Source: SAR202 cluster bacterium AG-426-M11 (GTDB taxonomy: Bacteria; Chloroflexota; Dehalococcoidia; Lucifugimonadales; UBA826). Taken from it: a stretch of DNA of 64,000 nt. Under the pieces are notes generated by a model. That model searched no databases. It had not been told where the DNA came from and saw nothing but the letters and a program-made list of their open reading frames with translations. The position numbers were made by a program, and so were the translations under genes. Positions 37,644 to 47,129 of this stretch are shown here, one piece after another. The DNA lies in the NCBI GenBank assembly GCA_003213095.1, contig QCNV01000002.1:6300-70299 (forward strand), in the 5' to 3' direction. Numbering within the stretch: position 1 is the stretch's first letter; every line of letters starts with the position of its first letter.

Positions 37644-39606
37644 ATATCTTAAGAATTCATCATTTATAAAAAAAGAATTTATTATATTCCCTTCAATATT
37701 TTTTATAGCTTTAGTTTTACGCCTATATGACCTTTCATCTAGAGCAATGCATCACGATGAAAGTTTACATGTTTTTTATTCTTGGAAATTATTTAAGGGG
37801 CTAGGGTATGAGCACAACCCTATGATGCATGGCCCATTACAAATGGAACTAACATCCATAATTTTTTCATTTTTAGGAGACTCTGACTTTTCTAGTCGAT
37901 TACTTTATGCAATTTGTGGAAGTATTTTAGTTTTGATGCCATATTTTTTCATCAAACACATGAATTTAATATCATGCATATTAATAAGTCTGTTTCTCGC
38001 GGTGTCCCCCACAGTTGTATATTTCAGCAGATTTGCTAGAAATGATGTTTTAATGAATTTATTTTCAATAATATTGATCCTTCTAATTTGGAAATATTTT
38101 TCGAATAAAGATTCAAAATACTTATATCTAATTTCAATAGTTTTAGCATTGATTTTTGGAACTAAAGAATCTTCATATTTACTGATATTTATGCTCGTAT
38201 CCTTCAATTTACTAAATATTGGATATATTGGTGTATCACAATTTAAATTACGCATGTATTCAAATTATTTAACATTTTCTGAACTAACTATCGCTCAAAT
38301 AGTTGCGGGTGTTTTAACAGAAACACTTAGCATATTCAAACGTTCTTCACAAAGAATCACTGATAATAAATTTGTGTCAATGAGCGTATTTTTAATCACA
38401 CTCACTCTCCCTCTTTGGGCAGCTTTTTCAGGAATACTTTTTAATTTTTTACCTATAGAAACCATCTTGATATCTTCGGATACCAATTCAGAAATTGGAA
38501 TGCCTGCTGATAAAAGTAATTTATTAGCTATTCTAATCACATCATGTTTGTTTTTTTTATCTGTTCTTATTGGATTCAAATGGGGTAAATTATTGTGGCT
38601 AAAATGTTCAATGTTTTTTTGGGTAATATGGGCATCAATCTACACTACATTATTTACCAATATGCCTGATGGGATTTACAAAGGATTGTGGCAATCTTTG
38701 GGATATTGGATAGTTCAACAAGGAGAGGGTAGAGGCAATCAACCTTTTTATTACTATTTTGTTTTGAGTTCTATTTATGAATTAGCAATACTAATATTGA
38801 GTTTAATTGCAATCATTTACTATATAAAAATCAAAAAAATCAAACCCAATGATTTCACTTTTTTTTTAATTTTTTGGGTAATTACATCTTGGATAATTTA
38901 CACATTAGCCAGCGAAAAAATGCCATGGTTACTATTTAATTTATCTGTTCCTATGATATTTTTATCAGGCAAATTTTTAGGTGACACCTTAACATCGTTA
39001 AGTTTAAAAGGAACACTGAAATATCAATCAATAGTTTTATCAGGTATTAGTTTGATTTTAATTTTCAATTTATGGGTCACTTATAGAGTAAATTTTATTA
39101 ATAGTGATATTCCAAGAGAAATGTTAATTTACACACAAACATCCCCCGATTTGAAATCAATAAGTGATGCAATCAATATTTACCAAAATCCTTCCAACAA
39201 ACAACAAAACATTTTAATTGATACAACTAGCGGATTTGTTTGGCCATGGGTTTGGTACCTAAGAAACAATGAAAATATTTTGTATCAAAACTTAACATCG
39301 CAGCCTATAGCACAATCTGATTTGGACGTTTTGATTATACATTCTACAAATATTTCAAAAGTACCTTCTGAAATAACTAAAAAATATCATGAACCTATTA
39401 TTTTCCCTCACAGATGGTGGTTTCCTGAATCAACATACAGAAATTTAAATTTTCAAATGATTTTAGAACCTCAAAAAATTATAAGATTATTTGACTACCT
39501 AATCTTCACTAATGGAATATCTTCAAAAATTGGCAGTGAGGATGCCTATTTGTTTATCAAGTCAGACTTCCCTGATTTAAAAATGATTTCTGAAAATTTC
39601 AAATAA
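37636..39606 (+). CDS. TIGR03663-family polytopic membrane protein, GT-C/PMT_2-like putative glycosyltransferase
   Basis: 656 aa. After TM1 it carries the family-invariant DE ('MHHDESLH') and HGP ('MMHGPLQ') with flanking Arg residues. It overlaps the upstream gene by 8 nt. Confidence 0.75.
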   Translation: MNKYLKNSSFIKKEFIIFPSIFFIALVLRLYDLSSRAMHHDESLHVFYSWKLFKGLGYEHNPMMHGPLQMELTSIIFSFLGDSDFSSRLLYAICGSILVLMPYFFIKHMNLISCILISLFLAVSPTVVYFSRFARNDVLMNLFSIILILLIWKYFSNKDSKYLYLISIVLALIFGTKESSYLLIFMLVSFNLLNIGYIGVSQFKLRMYSNYLTFSELTIAQIVAGVLTETLSIFKRSSQRITDNKFVSMSVFLITLTLPLWAAFSGILFNFLPIETILISSDTNSEIGMPADKSNLLAILITSCLFFLSVLIGFKWGKLLWLKCSMFFWVIWASIYTTLFTNMPDGIYKGLWQSLGYWIVQQGEGRGNQPFYYYFVLSSIYELAILILSLIAIIYYIKIKKIKPNDFTFFLIFWVITSWIIYTLASEKMPWLLFNLSVPMIFLSGKFLGDTLTSLSLKGTLKYQSIVLSGISLILIFNLWVTYRVNFINSDIPREMLIYTQTSPDLKSISDAINIYQNPSNKQQNILIDTTSGFVWPWVWYLRNNENILYQNLTSQPIAQSDLDVLIIHSTNISKVPSEITKKYHEPIIFPHRWWFPESTYRNLNFQMILEPQKIIRLFDYLIFTNGISSKIGSEDAYLFIKSDFPDLKMISENFK

Positions 39607-39623
39607 CTAATATGGAATAAATA

Positions 39624-40667
39624 ATGATAAAAACTTTTTTAATGATTTTTTCAGGGATATTACTTTTAGTTTTTTTTATTTGGACTTCTGATATTTCTAA
39701 AATGCTAGAACACCTAGAACAATCTAACTATTACATATTAATTCCTGGATTAGTATGTTATTTCATTAGCTTATGGGTCAGGACAATTCGATGGAAATAT
39801 CTGATAGGCACACAACACAAACTTAAAAATAAAACTTTATTTCCAATGGTTGTTATAGGGTATATGGCAAACAATATTTTACCCTTAAGAGCTGGGGAAT
39901 TTATAAGGAGCTATTTGCTATCTCAAAAATCATCAATCAAGTTGGCAACTGGAATTAGCACCATTTTTGTAGAAAGAATTATGGATGCTCTAGCATTGAT
40001 ATTTCTAGTAATAACAATGTCATTCTTCATACCAATTTCAGACATTCTTGACCATTTTGAAAATCTAACAAAAATTAATTCTTTAATCCTTATTTTAATT
40101 TTTTCGATACCTTTTTTATTAATCTTTACCCTATTATTAATTTCAGCTTTTCTCCCGAAAATAACGTTAAATTTCGTAGGATTTTCTTCTCAATTTCTTC
40201 CAAACAAAATCTCTAAAATATACTTAGAATTGTTTAATCAATTCTTCGATGGGTTCAAATATTTAAATAACAGAAAAACTTTAACTGTCACCTTATTTCT
40301 GTCAGTACCTATTTGGATCCTTGAATCACTATTGTTTTATTTTGTTTGTGTCAGTATAGGAATAGATCATAATTTTGAATCACACCTTTATTTAATCGAA
40401 TCCTCTATTATGATTACAGGGATAGTTAATTTAGGAGCTTCTATACCTATCACTCCTGGAGGGATTGGGCTATTTGAAATTATTGCACGAGAAACATTAC
40501 TACTCATCCCATATTCCAATACTTCCAGGTCTGAAGCAGCAGTTTTTGCTGGAATGACTCATGCATTATTAATTATTCCAGTAGTAATTTTGGGGCAGTT
40601 TTTTCTATGGAAAAATGGATTGTCTATCAAAAACATTAAATTAAATAAGGGAAATTCAAACAAATAA
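39624..40667 (+). CDS. UPF0104 / LPG-synthase-TM (MprF flippase-like) family membrane protein
   Basis: 'RTIRWKYL', 'VVIGYMANNILPLRAGEFIRSYLL' and about 8 TM helices are typical of PF03706-type proteins. Confidence 0.75.
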   Translation: MIKTFLMIFSGILLLVFFIWTSDISKMLEHLEQSNYYILIPGLVCYFISLWVRTIRWKYLIGTQHKLKNKTLFPMVVIGYMANNILPLRAGEFIRSYLLSQKSSIKLATGISTIFVERIMDALALIFLVITMSFFIPISDILDHFENLTKINSLILILIFSIPFLLIFTLLLISAFLPKITLNFVGFSSQFLPNKISKIYLELFNQFFDGFKYLNNRKTLTVTLFLSVPIWILESLLFYFVCVSIGIDHNFESHLYLIESSIMITGIVNLGASIPITPGGIGLFEIIARETLLLIPYSNTSRSEAAVFAGMTHALLIIPVVILGQFFLWKNGLSIKNIKLNKGNSNK

Positions 40668-40668
40668 A

Positions 40669-41985
40669 ATGAAAATTGCCATCCTTGGAGCAGGCGCTAC
40701 TGGACTAACTACAGCCTTAAGACTTGCTCAAAAAACATCATCTGAAATTACCGTTTTTGAAAAAGACTCTTTTTTAGGGGGACATGCTTCAACATTCCAA
40801 GTTAACAGCACTCCAATAGAAAAAGGATATCATCACTGGTTCACTAGCGATAATAAAATCATAGAATTAATGAGTGAATTAGGATTACAAAATCACATTG
40901 GATGGTATGAATCTTCTGTAGGGACTGTTTTTAATTCAAAAATTTATGATTTCATGACTCCTATAGACCTACTAAGATACAAACCTCTTTCTATAATTAA
41001 CAGAATTTCCTTAGGATTATCTAGCTTAAAAATTAGTAAAATAAAAAACTGGCATGATCTTGAAAACTTTACCGCCGTTGATTGGTTAAACAAAAACGTC
41101 AAGCCTCAAATTTATCACGCATTTTGGGAACCAATGTTGATAGGAAAATTTGGCGAAGAACACTATAAAGAAGTAGGAATGCCGTGGCTATGGGGAAAAA
41201 TGAATACTAGATTCAAATCTAGAGAAGGGTTCTTGTCCAAGGAAAAACTTGGATACCCAATTGGAAGTTTTGATATTCTTTTCAATTCTTTGTCACAAAA
41301 ATGCGAAAATTTAGGAGTAAAAATCCACTTAAATTCTCAGGTCAATCAAATAAAAAACAACCACGGAAGTCTTGAAGTATCTATTAGTGATGCAGAAACA
41401 TTAAATTTCGACGCAGTAATTGCTACGGTCCCTTCTAATGTTTTTCATAGAATCACCACTGGGTTAGAGGAATCTTATATAGAAAAACTTCAAAATACAC
41501 GCTATATGTCAGCTGTACAAATAATACTAGAATTAAAGCACCAGCTTTCAAAATATTATTGGCTAAACATCGCTGATAGAAGTTTCCCATTTGTAGGAGT
41601 AATTGAACACACAAATTTGGTTAATGAATCAATTTACGGAAATAGTCATATAGTTTATTTATCAAATTATCTTACTCCTAAAAACTCACTGTATCATCTT
41701 AATAAAACTGAATTGCTAGAAAAATATCTCCCATTTCTGTATCAAATCAACAATAAATTTTCAGAAAATTGGATTATAAAATCTCATTATCAAAAAATCC
41801 CTGGAGCGCAACCAATTATTGAATCACAATATTCAAACAAAATGCCCACACACGAAACAGGTATCAAAAATTTATATTTGGGAAACACTTCTCAAATATA
41901 CCCTGAAGATAGAGGAACAAATTACAGTGTAGAACTTGGAGAAAAATTAGCTGAATTGCTAATAAAAAAATCAATAAACAATTGA
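40669..41985 (+). CDS. FAD-dependent oxidoreductase (amine-oxidase/phytoene-desaturase/PPO superfamily)
   Basis: N-terminal dinucleotide fold 'KIAILGAGATGLTTALRLA...VFEKDSFLGGHA'. 438 aa. The start lies 1 nt after the upstream stop. Confidence 0.7.
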   Translation: MKIAILGAGATGLTTALRLAQKTSSEITVFEKDSFLGGHASTFQVNSTPIEKGYHHWFTSDNKIIELMSELGLQNHIGWYESSVGTVFNSKIYDFMTPIDLLRYKPLSIINRISLGLSSLKISKIKNWHDLENFTAVDWLNKNVKPQIYHAFWEPMLIGKFGEEHYKEVGMPWLWGKMNTRFKSREGFLSKEKLGYPIGSFDILFNSLSQKCENLGVKIHLNSQVNQIKNNHGSLEVSISDAETLNFDAVIATVPSNVFHRITTGLEESYIEKLQNTRYMSAVQIILELKHQLSKYYWLNIADRSFPFVGVIEHTNLVNESIYGNSHIVYLSNYLTPKNSLYHLNKTELLEKYLPFLYQINNKFSENWIIKSHYQKIPGAQPIIESQYSNKMPTHETGIKNLYLGNTSQIYPEDRGTNYSVELGEKLAELLIKKSINN

Positions 41986-42031
41986 TTGAGAGTATATAAA
42001 CCCTATGATATGCTTGTTTTAGTTTACAAAG

Positions 42032-42538
42032 ATGAGGAGTACATCTTTGCCCGCTGATAACGACACTTTAAGAAAACAAATTATTGAAGCTATTGCTTCC
42101 CAACATAGACCTACTGTAACCGTTTTGTCTTCTTTACTTGCAATTCAAGACTCTATTGGTTACATACCCGATGAAGCAATTGAAGAAGTTGCAGTGCAGC
42201 AAAATACCACAGTGAACGCTGTATTTGGTGTTGCTTCATTTTACCCTAACTTTCGATTTAGTCCGCCCAATAAGCATTCGATTGAAGTATGTTGGGGACC
42301 TACCTGTCATTTACAAGGGTCATCCAACATTTTACAAGCAGTACTAAATTATCTAGAGCTAAAAGAAGAAGGAGATACTGAAGATGGAGAATTCTCTTTT
42401 AGGTTCAATACTTGCTTAGGAGCTTGCTCTCAAGCTCCGGTAATCAGCGTAAATCACGAGTTGTTTGGAAAAATTTCTCCAGATGAGTCTATTAACATAA
42501 TAAATAAAATTAAATCATCGGACCCACATCACAAATAA
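42032..42538 (+). CDS. NuoE/FdsG-like [2Fe-2S] subunit
   Basis: 'CWGPTCHLQG' and 'CLGACSQAPV' provide the four-Cys thioredoxin-like ferredoxin pattern of NuoE. Confidence 0.85.
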   Translation: MRSTSLPADNDTLRKQIIEAIASQHRPTVTVLSSLLAIQDSIGYIPDEAIEEVAVQQNTTVNAVFGVASFYPNFRFSPPNKHSIEVCWGPTCHLQGSSNILQAVLNYLELKEEGDTEDGEFSFRFNTCLGACSQAPVISVNHELFGKISPDESINIINKIKSSDPHHK

Positions 42539-44283
42539 TGAATTTTGAAGAATTAAAAAATCAAGCAGATGAAAAATGGAATCAATTAAATGACTCCCCT
42601 ACTCCTGTAATTAGGGTTGGTACCGCTATGTGTGGACATGCTTCTGGAGCATTTAGAGTAATCCAAGCGTTAAAAACTTTATTGGCCGAGAAAAAAATTG
42701 ATGCAATTATTGAAGAAGTGGGATGTATAGGATTATGTTATGCAGAACCCTTAATTGATATCAAAAAACAAGGTAAATCAAGACTGTTCTTCAATAACGT
42801 CAGTGTAAATAATATAGAAGAAATTGTTGAAGAATATTTAGTCAACAATAAGATTAAAAATGCTTCAACATTAGGATATCTTGGAAAAGAAGGGTCAGTT
42901 TTCAATGAGCCAGACTTAAACACTCTCCCAGGAATAGCATTACAAGAAAGAATTGCACTTAGAAATGCTGGACACACAGCCCCTGGAGACATATTTCAAT
43001 ATATTGCTAACGGGGGTTACAGTGGGCTCAACAAAGCTTTATCAACTATGGAACCATCAGACGTAATAGAAGAAGTCAAAAATTCTGGATTAAGGGGACG
43101 TGGGGGAGCTGCATTTCCTACAGGAATCAAATGGAGTTTTTTGGTTGGGTCACCAGGACCTACAAAATATATTCTTTGCAATTGTGAAGAAGGTGACCCA
43201 GGAGCTTTTAATGACAAAGGTATATTAGAAAGTGACCCACACACTCTATTAGAAGGCTTATTGATCGCTGGATACGCAACAGGAGCAAGTAACGGAATCG
43301 TATTTATCAGACACGGACATGACGGACCTATCAACAGAACAGAAGAAGCCATCAAACAAGCAAAAGAATTAGGCATATTAGGTAAAGATATATTTGGTTC
43401 AGGTTTTGATTTTGACATTGAAGTGTCTTTAACTGGAGAGTCTTACGTTGCAGGAGAAGAAACAGCCTTAATGGAAGCTGTTGAAGGAAAAAGATCTATG
43501 CCTAGGTATCGTCCACCATTCCCGGCTGCATTTGGGGTATGGGGTAAGCCAAGTAATATTAATAATGTGAAATCTTTATCTTATGCTCCCGAAATTATAT
43601 CAAAAGGTGCAGATTGGTTCTCATCAATCGGAGTGAATAAAAGTACTGGAACTGCTATTGTGTGTTTAAGTGGTGATGTTAATCAACCAGGTTTATACGA
43701 AGTTCCAATGGGACTTACACTGCAACAAGTAATCAATGATTTAGGTGGCGGAATGAAGAAAGACCAAACCCTAAAGCTACTACAAACTGGAGGCCCTTTG
43801 GGTGGTGTCCTTGGTCCTGACAGCACAGATATCCATATTGATTTTGATGAGATGAGAGCTGCTGGAGCTATATTCGGATCTGGTGGAATCATTGTTGGAA
43901 GTAATAAAGTTTGTGCAGTGGATCTAACAAGAATTCTTGTCGCATTTTGTCAATTTGAATCTTGTGGAAAATGCTTCCCATGTAGATTAGGAATGGAGCA
44001 TCTTCTTGAGATTGTCGAAAGGATTTCTAATTTTGAAAGCCAGCCGGGAGATATGGATTTAATGAAAAGTGTGGGAGGAACAATGGAATCTGGATCACTT
44101 TGTGGTCATGGGCAATTAGGTTTTGGACCAATTCGATCTGCAATTACTCACTTTGAAGAAGACTTTCGTTTACACATAGAGGAAAGGATATGCCCGACGG
44201 GATCTTGTAACAACCCAAAAATTGTCCCAAAAAATACACGTCCATATGCTCAAGACTTTGTCGCAGGAGTGAAAAATGACTGA
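42538..44283 (+). CDS. NuoF/FdsB-like NAD(H)- and FMN-binding subunit with ~140-aa N-terminal extension
   Basis: 'GLRGRGGAAFPTGIKW' (FMN/NADH site), 'CNCEEGDPGAF' and the [4Fe-4S] motif 'ESCGKCFPCRLG...CGHG'. At 581 aa it is longer than canonical NuoF as I recall it. Confidence 0.85.
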   Translation: MNFEELKNQADEKWNQLNDSPTPVIRVGTAMCGHASGAFRVIQALKTLLAEKKIDAIIEEVGCIGLCYAEPLIDIKKQGKSRLFFNNVSVNNIEEIVEEYLVNNKIKNASTLGYLGKEGSVFNEPDLNTLPGIALQERIALRNAGHTAPGDIFQYIANGGYSGLNKALSTMEPSDVIEEVKNSGLRGRGGAAFPTGIKWSFLVGSPGPTKYILCNCEEGDPGAFNDKGILESDPHTLLEGLLIAGYATGASNGIVFIRHGHDGPINRTEEAIKQAKELGILGKDIFGSGFDFDIEVSLTGESYVAGEETALMEAVEGKRSMPRYRPPFPAAFGVWGKPSNINNVKSLSYAPEIISKGADWFSSIGVNKSTGTAIVCLSGDVNQPGLYEVPMGLTLQQVINDLGGGMKKDQTLKLLQTGGPLGGVLGPDSTDIHIDFDEMRAAGAIFGSGGIIVGSNKVCAVDLTRILVAFCQFESCGKCFPCRLGMEHLLEIVERISNFESQPGDMDLMKSVGGTMESGSLCGHGQLGFGPIRSAITHFEEDFRLHIEERICPTGSCNNPKIVPKNTRPYAQDFVAGVKND

Positions 44284-46945
44284 AAAGATAAACTTGATTA
44301 TTGATGGTAAAGAAATACAAGCTGAACCAGGAAGCATGATAATTCAAGCTGCTATGGACAATGGGATGTACATCCCATATCTATGCTATTATCCAGGAAT
44401 GAAACCTTACGGCGCGTGTCGAATGTGCGTTGTAAAAGCTGAAACACCAACACCCGACGGTTCCTACAGGTCGTTACCAGGAAATCCTGCTTCCTGCACT
44501 ACGCCCATTTCTGAAGGAATGCGTGTAGAGACAAACACTGACGAATTAATTTCTCTTCGTAAAGGAATAATGGAATTACTTATTTCTGAGCATCCTCACG
44601 GATGTTTGAATTGTCACAGAATTGATCTTTGTGGACCTACAGATGTCTGCCTAAGACATGTAACAGTAAATGACAGGTGTGTCACTTGTCCTAAAAATGA
44701 AAGATGTGAACTAAAAGATACTGTTAGATACATGGAAATGGAATTGACTACACCATTAACTTACAACAATAGACATTTACCATTAGAAGTTAAAGATCCT
44801 TACTGGGATATGGATATGAACTTGTGTATTGTTTGTTCAAGATGCGTGAGAGCGTGTGATGAAGTTAGAGTTGATCAAGCTATCACATTAAAAGATAGAT
44901 CTGGAAGAAGTATTATTGGAACGTCAAATGGAATCTCATTATTAGAATCCGGTTGTGAATTTTGCGGTGCATGTATAGATGTATGCCCAACAGGTGCTAT
45001 AGTCGAACGAGATTATAAATGGGATAAAGCAGAAACCAAAACCACTACAACCTGCCCTCATTGCCCAGTGGGATGCCAAACATCATTGGATATTAATAAA
45101 CGAAATAAATTAATTCGCTCAATTCCAGTTCGCGAAGCAGAAGCAAATCAAGGCATGACTTGCTTTAAAGGTAAATTTGGACTTGATTACGTCAATAATA
45201 GGAATAGAATCAAAACTCCTTTAATCAAAAAAAATGGACAATTAACTGAATCTTCTTGGCCAGAAGCCTTAGATTTAGTAGCTTCTAAATTTTCTCAATA
45301 TAAAGGAAATTCGTACTCATTAATCTCTTCTGACAGAGGAACTAATGAAGATCATTTCATTGCTCAAAAATTTGCTAGACAAGTCATGGATTCAAATAAC
45401 ATAGATTTCTCTTCCAACACTAATACTGAGATATTCGATAATTTGTCAGATATGATTGGGCATCCATCCGCTACAAATACAATTTGGAACTTATTAAAAT
45501 CTGAATTGTTTGTGATAATTTCTTCGAATATAACAGAACAACACAACGTATTAGGAGTTCCTATAAAACAAGCTATATCTAAGGGAGCAAAAGCAATAAT
45601 TATAGACCCTAGAGAAACAGACCTTTCAAGATTCTCTGACAATTGGATTAAACCCAATATCAACACAGAACACATATTAATTGGCGGAATCATTCGGTCA
45701 GTAATAGACCAATCATTAGAAGATCATGATTTTTCAACTAAATCATGCGAAAACTTTGACGAGTTTCGAAACAGTATTTGGGACTTCGATCTTTCTAGAG
45801 TTTCTACAGAAACAGGAATTGCTCAAGATGAAATTCAAAATTTAGCAAAACTAATTGCTGAATCTCAATCTACATCATTTTTATATTCATTAGATACAAT
45901 ATCTTCAGAATTGAAATCTTCAGCATCAACATCAATAATAAATTTGGCTCTATTAACTGGAAATACAGACAAACCTGGTGCTGGTATTTACCCATTATTC
46001 TCAGGGCCTAATGAACAAGGAGCTAGAGACATAGGCTGCACACCCAATTTCATGCCTGGGTACAATCACAATCCTACAAGTGGAATAGGTTTGAAACAAT
46101 TAAATGAATCTATCAATCGAGGTGATATTAAGGCTTTACACATTTTAGGAAATCAAGCTTCAATAGGTTCTGAATCAGGCAAAACTATTAAAAACATAGT
46201 CGATAAAGTAGAATTTCTTGTAGTACATGAAAGTTTCGAAAATGAATTCACTGACTGTGCAGACGTAGTTTTTCCGTCCAGTTTATTTGCAGAAAAAGAT
46301 GGAACTTTTACTAACCTCGAGCGACGAATCCATAAGGTCAATCCTGCACTTGGGAGTAAATTTGACGAAGACGAGGATTGGCGAATTCTCTGTCAAATAG
46401 CCTTACGAATGGGATCAAATGCATTCAATTACAATACGTCCCATGAAGTATTCACTGAGCTTTCAACATTTATCCAAACTACTGATGAAATTAGTTTTGA
46501 TAAAATTTCTGAAAGTGGTCAAATTTATGGAGTTGAAAGAAATTATAAATTTAAACCTTTAAGCATGACTCTATCTAAAGGATCTATTGCGACTGACACA
46601 TTCCCTATGATACTAACACGAGGAAGAATTTTAGAAGAATCAACAGTAGATGCAAAAATCGAATTAGTGAATGATAAAAACTCTATTACAAGAAACGAAA
46701 TAATTGAATTAAACTCTCAAGATGCTGCCGATATCAATATTTTGGAGGGTGATCCCGTAAAAATTATTGGAGAAAATTTCGAACTTTCTGGTGTAGCTCA
46801 CCTCAACGGAATAAACAGTGGGACTGTTTCCACAACTCAACTTTTTGGATCGCTTATAGAAAAAGTTCAAGAGCATAAAACTGAAGATCCTATGTTGTAT
46901 TTCGACGAGTTGACTTTAATTCCTGTGAGAATAGAGAAACCTTAA
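44276..46945 (+). CDS. NuoG/FdsA-like Fe-S plus molybdopterin-oxidoreductase-domain subunit, FDH catalytic dyad absent
   Basis: 2Fe-2S 'CYYPGMKPYGACRMC'; H-x3-C-x2-C-x5-C 'HPHGCLNCHRIDLC'; two 4Fe-4S motifs ('CIVCSRCVRAC', 'CEFCGACIDVCP'); MopB 4Fe-4S 'CPHCPVGC...C'. Where FDHs have '..C/U-H..', this reads 'NNIDFSSNTNTE'. Confidence 0.75.
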   Translation: MTEKINLIIDGKEIQAEPGSMIIQAAMDNGMYIPYLCYYPGMKPYGACRMCVVKAETPTPDGSYRSLPGNPASCTTPISEGMRVETNTDELISLRKGIMELLISEHPHGCLNCHRIDLCGPTDVCLRHVTVNDRCVTCPKNERCELKDTVRYMEMELTTPLTYNNRHLPLEVKDPYWDMDMNLCIVCSRCVRACDEVRVDQAITLKDRSGRSIIGTSNGISLLESGCEFCGACIDVCPTGAIVERDYKWDKAETKTTTTCPHCPVGCQTSLDINKRNKLIRSIPVREAEANQGMTCFKGKFGLDYVNNRNRIKTPLIKKNGQLTESSWPEALDLVASKFSQYKGNSYSLISSDRGTNEDHFIAQKFARQVMDSNNIDFSSNTNTEIFDNLSDMIGHPSATNTIWNLLKSELFVIISSNITEQHNVLGVPIKQAISKGAKAIIIDPRETDLSRFSDNWIKPNINTEHILIGGIIRSVIDQSLEDHDFSTKSCENFDEFRNSIWDFDLSRVSTETGIAQDEIQNLAKLIAESQSTSFLYSLDTISSELKSSASTSIINLALLTGNTDKPGAGIYPLFSGPNEQGARDIGCTPNFMPGYNHNPTSGIGLKQLNESINRGDIKALHILGNQASIGSESGKTIKNIVDKVEFLVVHESFENEFTDCADVVFPSSLFAEKDGTFTNLERRIHKVNPALGSKFDEDEDWRILCQIALRMGSNAFNYNTSHEVFTELSTFIQTTDEISFDKISESGQIYGVERNYKFKPLSMTLSKGSIATDTFPMILTRGRILEESTVDAKIELVNDKNSITRNEIIELNSQDAADINILEGDPVKIIGENFELSGVAHLNGINSGTVSTTQLFGSLIEKVQEHKTEDPMLYFDELTLIPVRIEKP

Positions 46946-47129
46946 ATATTCTTGTTGGAGATAATTTGACTAAATCAAATCCTTCAATCTTTCTCCATGA
47001 AACACAATGGTATATGCTTGCGGGCATCTTGAAATGATAGCAGATATAAAAATAATGATCTAAATTTATATCTTTAATTCTAGAAAAAATATTTCGAAAA
47101 AGAGATTAAGTGATATCAGTGGAGTCTAT

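Noticed and set aside
44276-46945. Calling the 889-aa protein a functional NAD-dependent formate dehydrogenase alpha subunit.
   Set aside because: At the position of the Mo-ligating Cys/Sec-His dyad my alignment gives Asn/Thr ('SSNTNTE'). There is no in-frame TGA for selenocysteine and no fdhD/fdsC/fdsD gene nearby. I kept it as NuoG/FdsA-like with unknown catalytic status.
46946-47129. A 184-nt intergenic region after the NuoG-like gene. I checked it for an sRNA, a riboswitch or a small ORF. It contains an 11-codon ORF (atgaaacacaatggtatatgcttgcgggcatcttga) and a 6-bp stem (tggaga...tctcca) with a 28-nt loop.
   Set aside because: The mini-ORF has no SD, the stem is weak and I recognise no conserved motif. 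This is probably just the promoter region of the Gfo/Idh/MocA gene.
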